The notes beneath the pieces are model-generated. The model had not been told where the DNA came from. It made no database searches and worked only from the letters and a program-made list of their open reading frames with translations. Shown piece by piece: positions 63,982 through 64,000 of a stretch of 64,000 nucleotides of DNA. Source of the stretch: Acidimicrobiales bacterium (GTDB lineage Bacteria; Actinomycetota; Acidimicrobiia; Acidimicrobiales; JAHWKP01); assembly GCA_035526705.1 (NCBI GenBank), contig DATLBX010000053.1, positions 3,695 to 67,694 on the forward strand. The letters run 5' to 3'. The position numbers were made by a program, and so were the translations under genes. How positions within the stretch are numbered: position 1 is the first letter of the stretch; each line of letters opens with the position of its first letter.

Positions 63982-64000
63982 AGAAGAGTCCTAGTGGATG

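Overview
High-GC (roughly two-thirds G+C by eye) chromosomal core region of an Actinomycetota-type genome. Gene order tracks the Mycobacterium tuberculosis Rv2118c-Rv2092c and Rv1822-Rv1832 neighbourhoods; the class-level lineage cannot be set from sequence alone. I support about 70 protein-coding genes, many translationally coupled through ATGA/GTGA/TTGA overlaps. I found no tRNA, rRNA, CRISPR array, transposase or integrase.

Main blocks:
- tal-tkt (1-2454).
- A complete Pup-proteasome locus (trmI, arc/mpa, dop, pup, prcB, prcA, pafA, pafB, pafC, then lepB and helY; 6.5-28.5 kb), interrupted by non-canonical inserts.
- An AraC-VOC-UvrA paralog-DHFR-like cluster (35.4-39.4 kb).
- Glycine cleavage genes gcvPB-gcvPA-gcvT plus the conserved gcvH-FHA-MerR-nuclease-MerR block (44.5-52.5 kb).
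- gltBD and trpA (57.3-64 kb).

I did not find an obvious novel multi-gene system such as a defence island. The most unusual signals are:
1. A previously unassigned GC-rich two-module dispersed repeat with at least 7 copies. It occupies the three largest non-coding gaps between the core Pup-proteasome genes and is read through as the C-terminal tails of trmI and helY.
2. A secreted lysyl-oxidase-like copper amine oxidase homolog.
3. Non-canonical gene inserts in the Pup locus (Mrp/ApbC, DUF1206, cNMP-binding protein, SpoU methylase, DUF3866-like).
4. A GarA-like FHA protein with an added N-terminal zinc ribbon.

All family assignments come from motif recognition on the supplied translations. 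No database search was run.
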